Shown piece by piece: positions 60,260 through 64,000 of a stretch of DNA of 64,000 nt. Position numbers and translations under genes: made by a program. Source of the DNA: Octopus sinensis (Eukaryota); NCBI RefSeq assembly GCF_006345805.1, contig NC_043012.1, positions 41,292,001 to 41,356,000 of the forward strand. The letters are read 5' to 3'. The notes beneath the pieces are model-generated. The model was not told the origin of the DNA. It searched no databases and saw only the letters and a list, made by a program, of their open reading frames with translations. Numbering within the stretch: the first letter of the stretch is position 1; each line of letters starts with the position of its first letter.

Positions 60260-61095
60260 ACTTTCTTTCTTTCTCTCCTTCTTTCTTTCTTTCTTCCTTA
60301 TACTCAGTTTATCCATTCAATGATTCTTGTATCTGCCATTTTTGCAGTGCATCGTAGCAAAGTGCAAGAATATGATTGAAAGACAACACCAACATCACCA
60401 TCACCACCAGCAAAAAAAAATATAAATAAAATGTTATATAAATAATTCATATTCGAAGTTCCATACAGGTTGAAAACGGCTCCCCCCGCCCCATCACCAT
60501 CCGAGAGGAACAGCAACGACTAACGGTTTCAAATAGCTTCGATACCTGTACTTTCTTATTGTATTCTTTCTCTCTCTGTGCCTCTCTCTCTCTCTCTCTC
60601 TTTTTACATTCTTGAGAAAATAAATGAAGATGTAAAGTTAAATAAAGAAATCAATACATGTGAGTGTATATATACACTCATATATATATGCATACATATA
60701 TATATATGTGTGTGTGTGTGTATATACATACATATATGCTCACATATATCTATGTATGTATATATTCATACATATATATATAAATATGTGAACATATATA
60801 TACATACTTACAAACACACACACACATATATGTATATATATATATATATAATATATATATATATATGTGTGTGTCTGTGTGTGTGTGTATTTATGAATAC
60901 ATACACAAATAATGGCATACACAACCCACGCCAAACCTACGCATGCACACACACACACACACTCTCACACACACTCACACAGACAGACAGACACACATAT
61001 AGTATGGAGCCAATGATAAAGCAAATTTTTGCACGAGAACAATCTGGAAGATTCCAGTTCTGCTTTTTTTTTCTTTCTGTCTTTGTAACAGGAAG

Positions 61096-61127
<32 letters not shown>

Positions 61128-61358
61128 GAGGCAGAGGAGGAGAAGGAGACAGAGGAGGTGTTCTGGCACTTTATCTCTTTTATGACATAAAGATTTCTAT
61201 ATAACATTTACTTTCTTTTGTTGACTCTAAATACAACAAAATATTATTTCGAATAAAGAACAAATTTGAGCAAAAGCAAAAATAAAGAAATCGCTATTCA
61301 TCCCACGCATTAGCAAGAATTTATTATTATTTTATATTATTATTATTATTATTATTAT

Positions 61359-61426
<68 letters not shown>

Positions 61427-61443
61427 TGATGATGAAGTTGATG

Positions 61444-61498
<55 letters not shown>

Positions 61499-61949
61499 TA
61501 CTTTTGCTCTTCATTGCAATGAACAGACGTCTGTAGCAAAGCTTGGAGAGGAATCGGATTTTTTCATACGCAGTTGTTGGAAAAAAGAAATGAAATTTAC
61601 AAAGAACTTGATAGTTTTTTTGTCCATCCACCACCAATCACCCTGGGGTTGGAAATGAATAGATGTTTTATACACTTAGTGTTCTGTGCAAAGGTTGTCT
61701 ACTCGTGATTTAATACGGTTTCCTCTGGTGAAGCGTAAATAGGTGCTAGCCTGGAATTTGTTATATATATCACGACGCCACTCCTGCCAACAAAAAAATA
61801 TACCACTCCCCATCCACACACAAAAATTGGAAAATTTGGTGAAGAAAATGGCAGCTAAAATGACGAACAAAAAAAATTACTGACTATTGAACAAGTAAAA
61901 GTAGTAATATCGCATACATTTACACATTAATAAGCTTAGTGGAAAACTA

Positions 61950-62650
61950 GCAATAGGCTTAATGACTGTGATTACATAACCGAGAGCAGTTACGTTGCAG
62001 GGCGTGATGTTAATAACTCACAAACATATTTCTCCTCATGAATTTTGAGGACTAAAAGTGTAGCAGATTCAGATTTTCAGAGAGAATATGTACTTTCAAG
62101 TCTTTTTCAAAATTGTTGCTGTTTGAAGTAAAATGTGCGGTAAGTTCTGTCGAATTACTGTTATTGTGCCTCACGTTATATCTGTGCCCATAGAATATTT
62201 CGTGTAACTGTTGTGTTGTACAACTAACATAAATCAAGTTGCATTTGGTGCATTCTGCTGCGTTCACCAAATGGGAATCGTTACGTGTCCCACCTTCCGT
62301 ATAAATCATAACATTTCTGTTATGATTCATGATGGAATTCACTTGACTCATATTATTGCACAATGAACAGGGCTTTATTCTCTTCAGGCTGTTTTTCAAG
62401 GTAAAGCGTGCAGAATCTTCAATATGAGTTTTCTTGGAGTCAGAAGTAGTTCTCTTATATTGTTTATTCCTTCGAAAGACAACTATAGGCGGCTGAGGAA
62501 ATATTTGTTTGAAACCAAGATATTTTTCCACAACATGCTGGTAACTTTCGTGTAACAGTTTTGAAATATCAACGAAATTTTAGTGCCAGTTAATCACTCG
62601 AAGAATTTTTTGACATATTGTACTTTTTATTCTTTTATGCTTTTATATTC
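61950..62650 (-). mobile_element. Decayed Penelope-like element, GIY-YIG endonuclease region
   Basis: ORF 62052-62531: FPQPPIVVFRR, CxxC, CTKCNLIYV, GHR, TELTAHF, DLKVHIL; typical PLE C-terminus. Confidence 0.85.
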
Positions 62651-62655
62651 ATAGA

Positions 62656-63081
62656 CATGATAGAGTAACGCAATATACCGATTGGAAGAGATGTAAACAC
62701 TACCAGCTTCCAACTTCAGAAAGATGGTACCAACATAAACCTGAAACTGTGACCGGAAAAGATGATGTAACAGTACTCTGAGACATGCCAGTCAACACCA
62801 ATAAAGAAATCAAGGCAAACAGGCCAGACATATTTATGAAAGATATGAAGAATAAGAAATGTTTAATGCTAGATGTGACAGTGCCATCAGAGAGAAATGT
62901 GTCCATTAAAGAAGTTGAGAAGTTATTTAAGTACAAAGACCTAGAAATAGAAGTGACCAAGATGTGGGGAATGAAAAGCAGTGAAAATAAGAGCATCACC
63001 ACAAACCACAGCACACACTCAAGGCACACAGTGTTCTGCTTGGTAGTGCAGTGAAAGCACGTGATAAAAATAAGACTACTG
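62656..63081 (+). mobile_element. Second, decayed copy of the same R4/Dong-like REL element
   Basis: WYQHKP..L*DMPVNTNKEIKANRPDIF..LDVTVP..KYKDLEIEV with a TGG>TGA stop and internal deletion; same 3' UTR, followed by (AAT)n. Confidence 0.85.
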
Positions 63082-63082
63082 A

Positions 63083-63083
<1 letters not shown>

Positions 63084-63117
<34 letters not shown>

Positions 63118-63118
63118 C

Positions 63119-63149
<31 letters not shown>

Positions 63150-63311
63150 CATTTATTTGCCACAAGGGCGAATGTTTGGGAACAATACAGACATAAATTG
63201 TGTGGGTTTACCTATAATGAAATGATATAAAGGAGAGAACGAAATTAAGTATACAAGGTATAAACTGAAAAAGAAGGGACATATGCATAGCATACAAAGG
63301 TTTAAATAATA

Positions 63312-63358
<47 letters not shown>

Positions 63359-63429
63359 TAATGATGATGATGATGATGATGATAATAATAATAATGATGA
63401 TGATGATGATGATAATAATAATAATAATG

Positions 63430-63472
<43 letters not shown>

Positions 63473-63550
63473 TGATGATAATAATAATAATAATGTTGAT
63501 GATGATAATGATGATAATGATAATAATAATAATAATAAGAAGAAGAAGAA

Positions 63551-63599
<49 letters not shown>

Positions 63600-63607
63600 T
63601 AATGATG

Positions 63608-63679
<72 letters not shown>

Positions 63680-63737
63680 TGATGATAATAATAATAATAA
63701 TAATATAATAATAATAATAATAATAATGATGATGATG

Positions 63738-63777
<40 letters not shown>

Positions 63778-63802
63778 TAATAATAATATAATAATAATAA
63801 TA

Positions 63803-63840
<38 letters not shown>

Positions 63841-63851
63841 TGATGATGATG

Positions 63852-63903
<52 letters not shown>

Positions 63904-63931
63904 TAATAATAATAATAATAATAATAATAAT
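63084..63931. repeat. About 850-bp (AAT)n/(GAT)n microsatellite field
   Basis: Direct reading; source of poly-I/L/Y/M ORFs. Confidence 0.97.
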
Positions 63932-64000
63932 CTTGGTATAAAAGATGGGCTACAGCAAATATTCTGATCAATACCACAGATTTGCTTGTCAGTTGTTTGA

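Noticed and set aside
61091-61160. Acidic EDDDD..EEEKETEE segment after a strong acceptor
   Set aside because: Mostly (GAT)n, weak donor, no partner exons

Overview
AT-rich, microsatellite- and SINE-dense animal genomic DNA. The repeat families and gene content point to an octopus/coleoid cephalopod (inference, not database-checked). Almost all supplied ORFs are microsatellite artefacts. By following splice signals and reading-frame phases I reconstructed two divergently oriented multi-exon genes. (1) Minus strand, CDS 24666->5829, 4 coding exons, about 1821 aa: signal peptide, one Kazal domain, a single 5.2-kb exon encoding a Thr/Ser/Pro-rich mucin-like repeat region, and a short Cys-containing, strongly cationic C-terminal tail (the terminal exon is less certain). 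(2) Plus strand, exons 37806->45899: a divergent mannose-6-phosphate-receptor/ATG27-like type I membrane protein ending in YQEI; its first coding exon was not found. Weaker candidate exons lie at 8.6-10.6, 26.3, 36.3 and 52.7-54.9 kb. Mobile DNA includes several tRNA-derived SINE families (one as a tandem tetramer), (AAT)n-associated R4/Dong-like REL retroelement ends, Penelope-like GIY-YIG remnants, several hammerhead-ribozyme-like motifs, mariner-derived non-autonomous elements, Helitron/Helentron-like elements and three long foldback hairpins. No rRNA, true tRNA or CRISPR array was seen.
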